The notes: generated by a model not told the origin, from the sequence alone. Shown: positions 18,056 to 27,837, numbered from the stretch's first letter. The stretch: DNA of 29,084 bases from Thermodesulfobacteriota bacterium (GCA_049320885.1 JBMORA010000010.1:1-29084); one strand, 5' to 3'. Numbers and translations are program-made.

Positions 18056-20032
18056 ATGCAAATGAAACCAGATACCTATACTGCGGAATCCATCGAAGTG
18101 TTGAAAGGGCTGGAGCCTGTCAGGCAACGCCCCGGCATGTATACGGATACCGTCCGTCCCAACCATTTGGGGCAGGAAGTGATCGACAACAGTGTGGACG
18201 AGGCCATTGCCGGGCATGCGGATTTGATCGAGGTGGTGCTGCATCCGGATGATTCCCTGGAGGTCCGGGACAACGGCCGGGGCATGCCGGTGGATATGCA
18301 TCCGGAGGAAAAAGTGACCGGGGTGGAGCTGATTCTCACCAGGTTGCATGCCGGAGCCAAATTCTCCAATAAAAATTACAGATTTTCCGGCGGGTTGCAC
18401 GGTGTCGGGGTCTCTGTGGTCAATGCCCTGTCCCGCCGGCTGACAGTGGAAATCCAGCGGGATGGAAATCGCTATTCCATCGCATTTGAAAATGGTTATA
18501 AGGTATCGGATTTACAAATTATCGGAACTACTGGAAAACGCAATACCGGCACGGCCGTGCGGTTTTGGCCGGATCCGCGGTATTTCGAGTTTCCCCGGTT
18601 TTCCAACCGGCGTCTGAAGCAGATCCTGCGGGCCAAGGCGGTTTTGTGTCCCGGACTGCGGGTGCGGTTTCGGAATGAGCAGACCAGTGAGAGCGAGGAG
18701 TGGTATTTTGAAGACGGTCTGAAGGATTACTTGATGGAAATCCTTCAAAATAATGAAATAATACCAGAAACGCCATTTGTCGGAAATCTGGATGGGCAGA
18801 CCGAGACGGTTTCCTGGGCTGTGGTGTGGCTGACGGACAACGGCGAGCTGGTGACTGAAAGTTATGTGAACCTCATTCCGACCACCCAGGGCGGGACCCA
18901 TGTCAACGGATTCCGCTCCGGATTGTTGGCCTCCATCCGGGAATTCTGTGAATTCCGCAAATTGCTTCCCAGGGGCATGAAACTGTCGCCGGAGGATGTC
19001 TGGGACCATTGCTGTTACGTGCTGTCGGTGAAGATGCAGGAACCCCAGTTTTCCGGCCAGACCAAGGAACGTCTGACATCCCGGCAGGCTGCCACCTTTG
19101 TCGCCAGCATGGTGAAGGACGCCTTCAGCCTTTGGTTGAATCAACACAGCGAACTGGGTGAAAAAATAGCCGGAATGGCCATTGCAAACGCCCAGAAGCG
19201 GATGCGCGACAGCAAAACGGTGGCCCGCAAGAAAATTGTCAGTGGACCGGCCCTTCCCGGCAAACTGGCCGATTGCGTTGTTCAGGATCTTAATCACAGT
19301 GAACTGTTTCTGGTGGAGGGCGACTCGGCCGGCGGGTCCGCCAAACAGGCCCGGGATCGTCAATACCAGGCGGTGATGCCCCTGCGGGGAAAAATTCTGA
19401 ACACCTGGGAGGTGGAGTCGTCCACCATTCTGTCCTCCAAGGAGATTCACGACATTTCCGTGGCCGTGGGCGTGGATCCGGGGTCCGATGATCTCAGCGG
19501 CCTGCGGTACGGCAAGATCTGCATCCTGGCGGATGCCGACTCGGACGGCCTCCATATCGCCACCTTGATCTGCGCCCTGTTTCTGCGGCATTTCCCGGTC
19601 CTGGTGAGGGCCGGCCACGTGCATGTGGCCATGCCGCCCCTGTATCGCATCGATCAGGGGAAGGAGGTGTTCTACGCCCTGGATGAAACCGAGAAGGACG
19701 CGGTGCTGAAGCGCCTGGAATCCAGCAACCGGAAAGCCAAAATCAACGTCCAGCGGTTCAAGGGGCTCGGGGAGATGAATCCCGTTCAGTTGCGCGAAAC
19801 CACCATGGCGCCCGATACCCGCAAACTGGTGCAATTGTCCGTGGAGGATGAATCCGGGGCCGTGGGATTGATGGACATGCTGCTTTCGAAGAAACGGGCC
19901 CAGGATCGACGTTTCTGGCTGGAGAGCGACGGCCAGGTGTTGACCCGGGAGACGACGGATTCGGCTCCGGAAGATTCCGGGGAGGAGGAAGCCGATGAGG
20001 GGCCGCTTCCAGCGCATGACCTGCAACCATAA
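18056..20032 (+). CDS. parE: DNA topoisomerase IV subunit B
   Basis: IEVLKGLEPVRQRPGMYTDTVRPNHLGQEVIDNSVDEA, LHAGAKFSNKNY, EGDSAGGSAKQAR, PLRGKILN, DADSDGLHI, RFKGLGEMNP; start may be ATG 18062. Confidence 0.96.
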   Translation: MQMKPDTYTAESIEVLKGLEPVRQRPGMYTDTVRPNHLGQEVIDNSVDEAIAGHADLIEVVLHPDDSLEVRDNGRGMPVDMHPEEKVTGVELILTRLHAGAKFSNKNYRFSGGLHGVGVSVVNALSRRLTVEIQRDGNRYSIAFENGYKVSDLQIIGTTGKRNTGTAVRFWPDPRYFEFPRFSNRRLKQILRAKAVLCPGLRVRFRNEQTSESEEWYFEDGLKDYLMEILQNNEIIPETPFVGNLDGQTETVSWAVVWLTDNGELVTESYVNLIPTTQGGTHVNGFRSGLLASIREFCEFRKLLPRGMKLSPEDVWDHCCYVLSVKMQEPQFSGQTKERLTSRQAATFVASMVKDAFSLWLNQHSELGEKIAGMAIANAQKRMRDSKTVARKKIVSGPALPGKLADCVVQDLNHSELFLVEGDSAGGSAKQARDRQYQAVMPLRGKILNTWEVESSTILSSKEIHDISVAVGVDPGSDDLSGLRYGKICILADADSDGLHIATLICALFLRHFPVLVRAGHVHVAMPPLYRIDQGKEVFYALDETEKDAVLKRLESSNRKAKINVQRFKGLGEMNPVQLRETTMAPDTRKLVQLSVEDESGAVGLMDMLLSKKRAQDRRFWLESDGQVLTRETTDSAPEDSGEEEADEGPLPAHDLQP

Positions 20033-20050
20033 ACGAAATGTGGAAATCAT

Positions 20051-22327
20051 ATGACCATCAGCGTGCCGGTAAGTCCGACTGAAATCGAGCGGATTCCTTT
20101 GCAGGTATTCACGGAGAAAGCCTACCGGGAATACTCCATGTATGTCATTCTGGACCGGGCCTTGCCCCATGTCGGTGACGGATTGAAGCCGGTTCAGCGG
20201 CGCATCGTCTACGCCATGTCCGAACTGGGACTCAAGGCCACGGCCAAATTCAAAAAATCGGCCCGCACCGTGGGCGATGTCCTGGGCAAATTTCATCCCC
20301 ATGGCGACTCGGCCTGCTATGAAGCCATGGTGCTGATGGCCCAGCCGTTTTCCTACCGGTATCCCCTGGTGGACGGCCAGGGGAACTGGGGCTCCCAGGA
20401 CAATCCCAAATCCTTTGCCGCCATGCGCTATACCGAGGCCCGTCTTTCCCCTTACACGGAAGTCCTCCTGAGCGAACTGGACCAGGGCACGGTGGAGTGG
20501 CAGCCGAATTTCGACGGAACCCTGGAAGAACCGGTAACCCTGCCCACCCGCCTGCCCAATATCCTGCTCAACGGGGCCTCCGGGATCGCCGTGGGCATGG
20601 CCACCGACATTCCGCCCCACAACCTCCGGGAGGTGGCCGCCGCCTGCATCCGGCTGCTGGACAACCCCGCGGCGACGGTGGCGGAAGTGTGCGAGCATAT
20701 CCAGGGGCCGGACTACCCCACGGCAGCGGAAATCATCACCCCCAGGGAGGAGTTGCTCGAACTTTACCGCACCGGGTCCGGCAGCCTGAGAATGCGGGCC
20801 GTGTATTACAAGGAAAACGGCGATATCGTCATCACCGCGCTGCCGTACCAGGTTTCCGGTGAAAAAGTCCAGGAGCAGATCGCCGCCCAGATCCAGGCCA
20901 AAAAACTGCCCATGGTGGCGGACATCCGCGATGAGTCGGATCATGAGGATCCTGTGCGGCTCGTCATTTCGCCGCGCTCCAACCGGGTGGACGCGGACGC
21001 CCTCATGGCGCATCTCTTTTCCACCACGGATCTGGAGCGGACCTGCCGGGTGAACCTCAACATGATCGGTCTGGACGGCCGGCCCCGGGTGAAAAATCTC
21101 GTCGACATCCTCAAGGAATGGATCGACTACCGCAAGGAGATCGTCCGGCGGCGGCTGCAATACCGGTTGGACAAGGTGCTCTCGCGGCTGCATATCCTGG
21201 AAGGCCTGCTCATAGTTTATCTGAACCTGGACGAGGTGATCCGGATCATCCGCCGGGAGGACGATCCCAAACCGGTGTTGATGGCGCGTTTTTCCCTCAG
21301 CGATATCCAGGCCGAGGCCATCCTGGAGCTGAAATTGCGCAAGCTGGCCAAGCTGGAGGAAATGAACCTGCGGGAGGAACAGCGGGCTCTGGCCGCCGAA
21401 CGGGAAGAGTTGAGCAAAATTCTGGAGTCCCCCCGCCGGCTGGTGAACCTGATCAAGAAGGAGCTGGCGGCCGATGCCCTGAAATTCGGCGACGACCGGC
21501 GGTCGCCCATTGTCGTGCGGGAGGAGGCCCGGGCTTTCAAGGAAGCCGAGCTGGCGCCCCTGGAACTGGTCACCGTGGTCATTTCCGCCAAGGGCTGGGT
21601 GCGGGCGGCCAAGGGGCATGATGTGGAGGCCAGCGGCCTCGTCTATAAATCCGGCGATGAATTCAAGGCCGCCGCCAGCGGCCGGAGCAACGAGCTTGCG
21701 GTGTTCATGGATTCCACGGGCCAGTGTTATTCCCTGCCGGCCCACAGCCTACCGTCGGCCCGGGGATACGGGGAACCCCTCAGCGGGCGTCTGAACCTGC
21801 CGGCGGGGGCCTTGGTGGAGTCCGTGCTGATGGGCCCCCCCCACCGGAAAATTTTGATCGCCAGCGATGCCGGTTACGGCTTCATCGCCACCCTTTCCGA
21901 CCTGTATTCCAAGAACCGCAACGGGAAAGCGGTGCTGCGGCTCACAGCCGGCGCGCGGCCCATGCCGGTCCTGTCCGTGGGTGCTCCGGAAAAGGAGTTG
22001 CTGGCGGCCGTGACCAATGCGGGACGTATGCTGATCTTTCCCGTCAAGGACCTGCCGACGCTTCCCCGGGGCAAAGGCAACAAGATCATCCATATCCCGT
22101 CGGCGAAAGCCGCGGCGAGGGAAGAGCTGCTGGTCCTGCTTTTCATCCTCCAGGGCGGCTCCGATCTGGTGATTCAGGCCGGCAAGCGCTCCCTGACCCT
22201 GACGCCCGGCAACATGGTGGAATACCGGGGGGAGCGGGGAAAGCGCGGGCGCATGCTGCCGCGGGGATTCCAGAAAGTGGATCGCCTCGAGGCCATTGTT
22301 CCGGCCCAGATGTCGCTGCTGGATTGA
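20051..22327 (+). CDS. parC: DNA topoisomerase IV subunit A
   Basis: [47 protein letters not shown], catalytic AAMRYTE; ParC-type C-terminal domain. Confidence 0.96.
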   Translation: MTISVPVSPTEIERIPLQVFTEKAYREYSMYVILDRALPHVGDGLKPVQRRIVYAMSELGLKATAKFKKSARTVGDVLGKFHPHGDSACYEAMVLMAQPFSYRYPLVDGQGNWGSQDNPKSFAAMRYTEARLSPYTEVLLSELDQGTVEWQPNFDGTLEEPVTLPTRLPNILLNGASGIAVGMATDIPPHNLREVAAACIRLLDNPAATVAEVCEHIQGPDYPTAAEIITPREELLELYRTGSGSLRMRAVYYKENGDIVITALPYQVSGEKVQEQIAAQIQAKKLPMVADIRDESDHEDPVRLVISPRSNRVDADALMAHLFSTTDLERTCRVNLNMIGLDGRPRVKNLVDILKEWIDYRKEIVRRRLQYRLDKVLSRLHILEGLLIVYLNLDEVIRIIRREDDPKPVLMARFSLSDIQAEAILELKLRKLAKLEEMNLREEQRALAAEREELSKILESPRRLVNLIKKELAADALKFGDDRRSPIVVREEARAFKEAELAPLELVTVVISAKGWVRAAKGHDVEASGLVYKSGDEFKAAASGRSNELAVFMDSTGQCYSLPAHSLPSARGYGEPLSGRLNLPAGALVESVLMGPPHRKILIASDAGYGFIATLSDLYSKNRNGKAVLRLTAGARPMPVLSVGAPEKELLAAVTNAGRMLIFPVKDLPTLPRGKGNKIIHIPSAKAAAREELLVLLFILQGGSDLVIQAGKRSLTLTPGNMVEYRGERGKRGRMLPRGFQKVDRLEAIVPAQMSLLD

Positions 22328-22368
22328 AGAACCAAGGGAAACGGCATCGGACAGTCCGCGGCCGGTTG

Positions 22369-22391
22369 GTAGGGACGCCGTCAGGCGTTTC
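22369..22391 (+). repeat. Single REP-like GTAG-hairpin between convergent genes
   Basis: GTAG followed by GGACGCC-GTCA-GGCGTTT. Confidence 0.3.
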
Positions 22392-22513
22392 GGCTTCATG
22401 CAAATCGGGCCGGCATCGACTCGATACCGGCCCGGAAGCGAAAGAGGAGGGGAGGCGTTCAATACGGTTCCTGATTCAGGGTCGCCGCCGCCCCCCGTTC
22501 CACGGGGGAATGA

Positions 22514-23023
22514 TCACTGAATGACAAAGGAGATGGTTTTCAGCAGAGAGTTGTCCTTTTTGGAGAGGACCTCGACCCGCCAGTTTCCGGTCATGCCCGG
22601 GAAAACGCTCTTGGTGCTGTAGGTCCGCCAGTTGTTGGCGCCCACATGCAGCGCGATGCCCGCCACCAGTTTTTCCCCATGGTACCAGTTGTGGATGATC
22701 CCGTCGTTCTCCGCCGCTCCCGTCACCCGCACGAAGCAGGAGAGGGATTTGACATCGTCGCCGAAGGTCTCTCCCGGTTCGATGGGCATGCGGTCGCTGA
22801 CATGGCGGCAAATGACCGCGTCATGTATCTGGATACCAGCCTGGGGTGTTGCCGCGGAAGCGGGAGGTGCTGTTTCCGGCTGGCTGGCGGCCTCCTGGCT
22901 GGTGCCGGCCTCCGGAGCCGTGGGCTGGGCGGCGGCGGTGTCTTCTTGACCGAAACAGGGCATTGCGGAAAAACAGAAAACGACGGAGAGAACCAGACCC
23001 CAGTGAATCCATTTCGTTGGCAT
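22514..23023 (-). CDS. Exported protein with low-complexity linker and DUF2914-like Ig domain
   Basis: MPTKWIHWGLVLSVVFCFSA signal/anchor; Ala/Pro/Gln linker; ICRHVSDRMP…IIHNWYH…WRTYSTK…GNWRVEV; SD GAAAGGA before ATG 23023. Confidence 0.75.
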   Translation of the reverse strand: MPTKWIHWGLVLSVVFCFSAMPCFGQEDTAAAQPTAPEAGTSQEAASQPETAPPASAATPQAGIQIHDAVICRHVSDRMPIEPGETFGDDVKSLSCFVRVTGAAENDGIIHNWYHGEKLVAGIALHVGANNWRTYSTKSVFPGMTGNWRVEVLSKKDNSLLKTISFVIQ

Positions 23024-23153
23024 GACGGATTTCCTTTCGTGACGCTGTCCCGCGAGGCGGAAAAGCGGATCGATTTGATATTTCCCACGGTTGTTTGTTG
23101 TCAGGCGCCGGAGGACCGTCCTCCTGCTGACAGGGCTTGAAGCTTCGGGGCCG

Positions 23154-23182
23154 ACCTTAGACCAAAATCCGGCGGCTGTCAA
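23154..23182 (-). promoter_or_regulatory. Putative sigma70 promoter for the DUF2914-like gene
   Basis: Minus strand TTGACA-17 nt-TAAGGT. Confidence 0.45.
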
Positions 23183-23614
23183 ATTGAATTTTATTATGAA
23201 TTTCAGATTGTTTGCTGAAAAACCGTTGAATTCATTCCGTACCTGTGCCATGGTGGGCGGCGATCCGGGTGACACACAGCGCGGGCGTCGGTGTGACGGG
23301 ATGATATGGCCCTGCCTCCCGTTGCCCTGCGAAAACCATACGCCTGCTTTTCATCATTCCGTAATATACCTATGACATCAAATTCCTATTCATGGCGCAA
23401 GGCAAACCGGCTGTTATGGTTCGTCATGACGGCAGTTCTGGTGTTCCGGCTGCGCCTGTCGGCCATGATTGCCGCTGCCCGCCGTTATGATACCCGTCGC
23501 TGGCTCTGTTTCTTTCTGTTTTCACCCGTGGAAATATATGGATACCTTGTGGAACATTCGGGAAACTTCGATCCGCCCGCAACCAATCGCCTTGCCGATC
23601 GCGGCGACGACCCA

Positions 23615-24688
23615 ATGGACGACATCGCAGGGAAGAACACCGGACCAATGGATTCCAAGTATACCCATGACGATCCCTATCGTCTTGCCGGCGGCAATAA
23701 TGCGGTCAGCGTCGCCGACGAAACCAGCGCCTATGATGCAGCCGGCAACAGCCAAAGGCAGTGGAAAGATATTGGAATCAGCAATTGTTTCCATCAAAGT
23801 GATAAAGGCCTGATTAGCGAGTATGACGGCACCGGGTCTGAGATCAAGACATATGGGTACAAACCCGGCAGCACCTGGACCACTGATCCGCTATTCATGA
23901 AAGTCGGAACCGAGTACTACTTCTATCACAACGACCATCTCGGGACACCCCAGAAGCTGACAACCATCAGCGGGGCCGTGGTCTGGTCGGCGAAATACAG
24001 TTCATTCGGTAAAGCGGAAATCGATCCGGCATCCACGGTTGTCAACAATCTGCGGCTCCCGGGCCAGTATTACGATGGTGAAACAGGATTACAGTATAAT
24101 TACTACCGATATTACAACCCAACGACAGGGAAGTATACACAGACCGATCCAATCGGATTTGCGGGAGAAGATTTCAATTTGTTTAACTATGTAGTTGGGA
24201 ATCCAGTCAATTTTATAGATCCTTTTGGACTAAAGTCAAGGTGGGGATGCATTGGTGCATGTACAGCGGATGCAACTTTAAATTTTACATTTGGTTTTAT
24301 TCCTAGCTTTAAATTTGCGACAGAAATTCTGTTTGGTGCGGACATAAACGTATTCCAAGCTAAAGGAGGTTATGATTCAATAATTGATCAGGATGTTACT
24401 GGCCTGTTAAGTGGCTTTAGCTCTCTTGGATATGGAATAGCAAAAAGCAATTATGACGTTTCTGGTGGTACAAGAGAACTTAACAGAACAGCCGAACTTA
24501 TTAAACGAAGAAGCTTTGAAAACAAACCATTATATAAACAAATCAAAATGAAAGATAAGCTCAGCAATTTAACAAAGCTTCGTAATATTTCTAGGATGAT
24601 GGGAAGAATTAATGGAATTTTTAATGCACTTGATTTTGCGATGGATCTTTATAGCTGTCATGAGAAATGCAAAAAATTCGACTGCTAA
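23615..24688 (+). pseudogene. Orphan Rhs cassette 1: degenerate YD-repeat fragment, Rhs core and C-terminal toxin (24233-24688)
   Basis: YTHDDPYRL, YDAAGN, YFYHNDHLGTP, NLRLPGQYYDGETGLQYNYYRYYNP, DPIG, NPVNFIDPFGL; AT-rich tip; N-terminal shell absent. Confidence 0.85.
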
Positions 24689-24763
24689 TATATAGAAATC
24701 ATAGTAGTTATATTTAATGCAGGGGTGAAATCTGAATTTTAAGCAGAAAAGATTAAAGAAATT

Positions 24764-25213
24764 ATGATTGGTAAAATATTAGGAAGTCTTTATGGCTTTG
24801 GAACATCATTCTTATTCGTAATTCTTTATATATTTAGCTATATAGGCCAAATGAAAGAAGCGATGATTGATATTGTAATGATAATAGCTTTCATCAATGG
24901 AATTTTTATCTTGTTTATTTATTTAACCCGATATGAAGATCGGTTTCATTGGGAACCACTTTATCTTTCAAATAAATTAGTAATGAATACTTGTTGGTTT
25001 TATTTTTGGGCAATGTTTGTCAATGTCGCAATAAATTTAATTATTTTATTTACTAATCAATCTGAACAAATGAATGACACTTATTCAATTCGCAATTTAT
25101 ATAGCATTATGTCCTTCATGTCGTTAATAATTGGAATATCATTTACAGTAGGATTAAGAAACCTTCTTCCCAAATGGGATCGCGTTTACCGTTTTCTTGG
25201 ATTTCTTGAATAG
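24764..25213 (+). CDS. Putative membrane immunity protein for Rhs tip 1
   Basis: 149 aa, about four hydrophobic segments, very AT-rich, directly downstream of the toxin. Confidence 0.75.
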   Translation: MIGKILGSLYGFGTSFLFVILYIFSYIGQMKEAMIDIVMIIAFINGIFILFIYLTRYEDRFHWEPLYLSNKLVMNTCWFYFWAMFVNVAINLIILFTNQSEQMNDTYSIRNLYSIMSFMSLIIGISFTVGLRNLLPKWDRVYRFLGFLE

Positions 25214-25298
25214 CCTGGATTCCCATGTTAGTTTTCTGAGTTAACACCACGGCATCCAATCAGCCGAAAACGAGGCGCAGTTTTTTACCCCGGCCGTG

Positions 25299-25322
25299 GC
25301 CGATAATAGCGCTATTATCGGC
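25299..25322. repeat. Perfect 24-bp palindrome
   Basis: GCCGATAATAGC|GCTATTATCGGC. Confidence 0.85.
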
Positions 25323-25412
25323 TGCGCCAAACGGAGGGTCATTTCTCGTTGCGGAGTCCCCGGCGTACCAGCAGCCGGCGGAGAAGGCCCCTGCGCGCGG
25401 GCGTGAGAACGC

Positions 25413-25487
25413 TTGGGGGTCGGGCCATGGAAGATGCACGCCAATCAAGGACTTGACCCCAAAACAAGGCCGGTTTTAGGCCCTATA
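25413..25487. repeat. GGGGTC…GACCCC hairpin plus CAAAACAAGGCC motif, copy 1 of 3
   Basis: GGGGTCGGGCC…GGACTTGACCCCAAAACAAGGCCGGTTTTAGGCCC; related copies at 26145-26190 and 27838-27909. Confidence 0.8.
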
Positions 25488-25488
25488 A

Positions 25489-25719
25489 CTTACATTTCGC
25501 ACCACCAAAAAAGATTCCAATAATTTATGAATCGCGCCCCTGGATAGGACGTAATATATGGTAATAACAGTACAATAAAAAAAATCTAGACTTTTTCATT
25601 AAAAAGCCTTATATCCCTCCTTAAAAACGAAATAGGAGGGTTCTATGGGGCAATTTGAAACACGATTCAAACAAGTCGATGCATTGCCGATGGTCAAGCA
25701 TTTCATGGATGAGCTGTGA
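25489..25719 (+). mobile_element. Probable IS1634-family left end with truncated transposase N-terminus
   Basis: CTTACATTTCGCAC end-like motif; SD AGGAGG, then 25645-25719 MGQFETRFKQVDALPMVKHFMDEL* resembling the DUF4277 N-terminus of IS1634 transposases. Confidence 0.5.
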
Positions 25720-25869
25720 TTTTCCAAAATACTATCATAATTTTTGCCGAATTAACGGTCATACGATTTGGGCGGTTTTTTGGGGTTTTGCCAAATTGAA
25801 ATGGTCTTTTGGAGAAGCCATCGTTTCCAAATTTTTTTGATGCCGTCGATAGACTTGCCGTTAAAAAAA

Positions 25870-25981
25870 GAGGGAAACGAATTGTGCATTCGTTTCCCTC
25901 CAGGGCTTTTTCAAGCCCCCCACATCCGGCTATCCCTTGAGCGGTTGCTCCCCAGCAGAGCCGCTCTCCGTTTCACCGGAC
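25870..25981 (-). other. Multi-hairpin element (candidate ncRNA or mobile-element end)
   Basis: Perfect 13-bp stem 25870-25900; GGGCTT-GAAA-AAGCCC on the minus strand; nested GAGCGG/TGCT stems; TCCG-GTGAAA-CGGA. Confidence 0.45.
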
Positions 25982-26144
25982 ACTTGAATGTTCCCAGCCA
26001 AATTGTTTTTCCGGACAGAACCCCTGCGCACAAGGGCTGAGCCGAAAATCGAGTGACGGCAATTCCGCAAAAGCGCTATTTGTTCACAGCGAACGGAAAA
26101 TGCTTTTCCATACCTCTTTTTTTCTCCAGTTCGTACATGCCCGT

Positions 26145-26190
26145 CAGTCAAGGGTTTGACCCCAAAACAAGGCCGTTTTTAGGCCCAATA
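26145..26190. repeat. CAGTCAAGG…GACCCCAAAACAAGGCC motif, copy 2
   Basis: Near-identical to 25442-25487 and 27864-27909. Confidence 0.8.
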
Positions 26191-26247
26191 CTGAGTTTTT
26201 GGGGGCTGAAAACGGGCTTATAAGAAATTGGGCAGTCGAAGTGAGTT

Positions 26248-26397
26248 CTTCCCATCTATTTTTTAACCGCCTGAAAAATCTTTACATATGAACCCGATCT
26301 GCGATACAAGCCAGTATCGCCTGTACGCTCTTTGACATGCAATCGGATATTCAGGGAGCCAAAACCGCATAGAGCGGCAAAATCCATCGGCAGGTTT
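26248..26397 (+). repeat. 150-bp conserved leader upstream of Rhs cassette 2
   Basis: About 8 mismatches in 150 bp versus 27987-28136 (hand alignment). Confidence 0.9.
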
Positions 26398-27180
26398 GGG
26401 TACAAACCAGACGGCACCTGGACCACTGACCCCCTGTTCATGAAGGTCGGATTAGAATACTACTTCTATCACAACGACCACCTCGGAACACCTCAAAAAA
26501 TGACTACCATCAGCGGGGCCGTGGTCTGGTCGGCTAAATATAGTTCATTTGGGAAGGCGGAAATCGATCCCGCATCCACGGTTACAAACAATCTGCGGTT
26601 CCCGGGCCAAATGTTCGACGGGGAAACAGGACTACACTACAACTGGTTTAGATATTACGATCCTTCTATCGGTCGTTATCTTTCACCTGATCCTATTAAA
26701 TTTGCCGGGGGACTCAATCTTTATCAATATGTTGGCGGAGATCCTATCAATTACACTGACTCCATTGGTTTGTTAGTCAAGCCTGGCTCAGATAAACATA
26801 GGCAACGGAACAGACATAACAAATGCCCCAAAATAAGACCAACACAAACTAAAGCAATTGTAGTTTCGATGGACGGTAAGTGTAAACGTGAAGAATGGAT
26901 TTGGATTGATCATGAAGGGAATGAGTGGAACGAGGATTGGTTTGGAAATAATATAACGCATAAAGGTAATGGCTATACGTCTTTCCGAAGGCCAGATCCA
27001 GACAACCCAGGTTCAAGTTTTCAATGCACATACGATAAAGACGGTAATTTTGTACCAGATGAAGGGAATTATGATTATGCAAATCCGGATGAGCAATTTA
27101 TTCGGCATTTGACTGATGATGTTTATCCAGGGCTTTTAGATAGTAATTATGAAAGCCCTGATCCAACAACGAGATATTAG
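26398..27180 (+). pseudogene. Orphan Rhs cassette 2: Rhs core and C-terminal toxin (26773-27180)
   Basis: GYKPDGTWTTDPLFMK…HNDHLGTP…NLRFPGQ…ETGLHYNWFRYYDP…DPI…DPINYTDSIGL; possible internal ATG at 26440 lacks an SD. Confidence 0.88.
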
Positions 27181-27195
27181 GGCAGGGTATATATT

Positions 27196-27564
27196 GTGAG
27201 GAACCAATACACTCAAACGGCTGTCAGATTTCTGTTGACGTTTATTGTTTTCACTGCTTTTTCCGTAGCACTTAGCTGGGTTATCGGTATTTTTATGGAT
27301 AGAATGGGTCCGTTCCTACTCGTGCTAATAGTTTTATCTGGTCCGGCATCATTTTTATTCCCGTTATTGTCACTTGCTAAATTTAATCCAAGGGTCGATT
27401 ATTTTTTAATGCTATATTTGTTCTCATCGCTACTTGTACTTTTTATATTTCAGAAGAAAGTTCCAGATGGTAATTTTTATAAGATTCCAAAGGTTGTAAT
27501 AATTGTAGTATGTTGGTTTTTATCTGGATTTATTTCCTTATATCTTATCGGCCATTTTGAATAA
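27196..27564 (+). CDS. Putative membrane immunity protein for Rhs tip 2
   Basis: 122 aa, about four hydrophobic segments, AT-rich, 15 nt after the toxin stop. Confidence 0.75.
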   Translation: MRNQYTQTAVRFLLTFIVFTAFSVALSWVIGIFMDRMGPFLLVLIVLSGPASFLFPLLSLAKFNPRVDYFLMLYLFSSLLVLFIFQKKVPDGNFYKIPKVVIIVVCWFLSGFISLYLIGHFE

Positions 27565-27837
27565 TGTCTTTAAAATTGACAGAATACCTTGAGGGGCTCC
27601 GATTTTGGGGCTCCAATTTCGAGTCGGGCCACGGAAGATCCGTATGGTCAAAATGTTATTGGCGGAACCTCGTATGGCATGGCGGTTGCGGGCGATTACA
27701 TGAATCCGAATTACCGGATGTTGCCTTCTGTGAGCGAAGCGGCCGGCAATGCTCCGGTAATTGAGGTCGGATTATGTAAGAGAACGCAGGCGGCATGACG
27801 GGCGGGGCCTTTTAAAATAGAAAAGCGGCATCGATTA

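Noticed and set aside
18512..21745. 1077-aa minus-strand ORF
   Set aside because: Antisense shadow of parE/parC caused by high-GC codon bias; no motifs
23306..23608. N-terminal 100 aa of the 460-aa Rhs ORF as a signal or TM region
   Set aside because: Non-ATG start, no SD and no Rhs similarity; probably fortuitous open frame
25870..25981. Cobalamin or c-di-GMP riboswitch
   Set aside because: Only CCGGTGAAA resembles the B12 T-loop; the B12 box and GEMM consensus are missing and there is no suitable downstream gene
26256..26441. Minus-strand ORFs over the conserved leader (also 27881-28156)
   Set aside because: Similarity follows from the DNA repeat; stop positions differ between copies; no recognisable product, though a small peptide is not fully excluded
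27564..27798. Small ORFs after immunity gene 2
   Set aside because: Overlap repeat-like sequence, lack an SD and show no motifs
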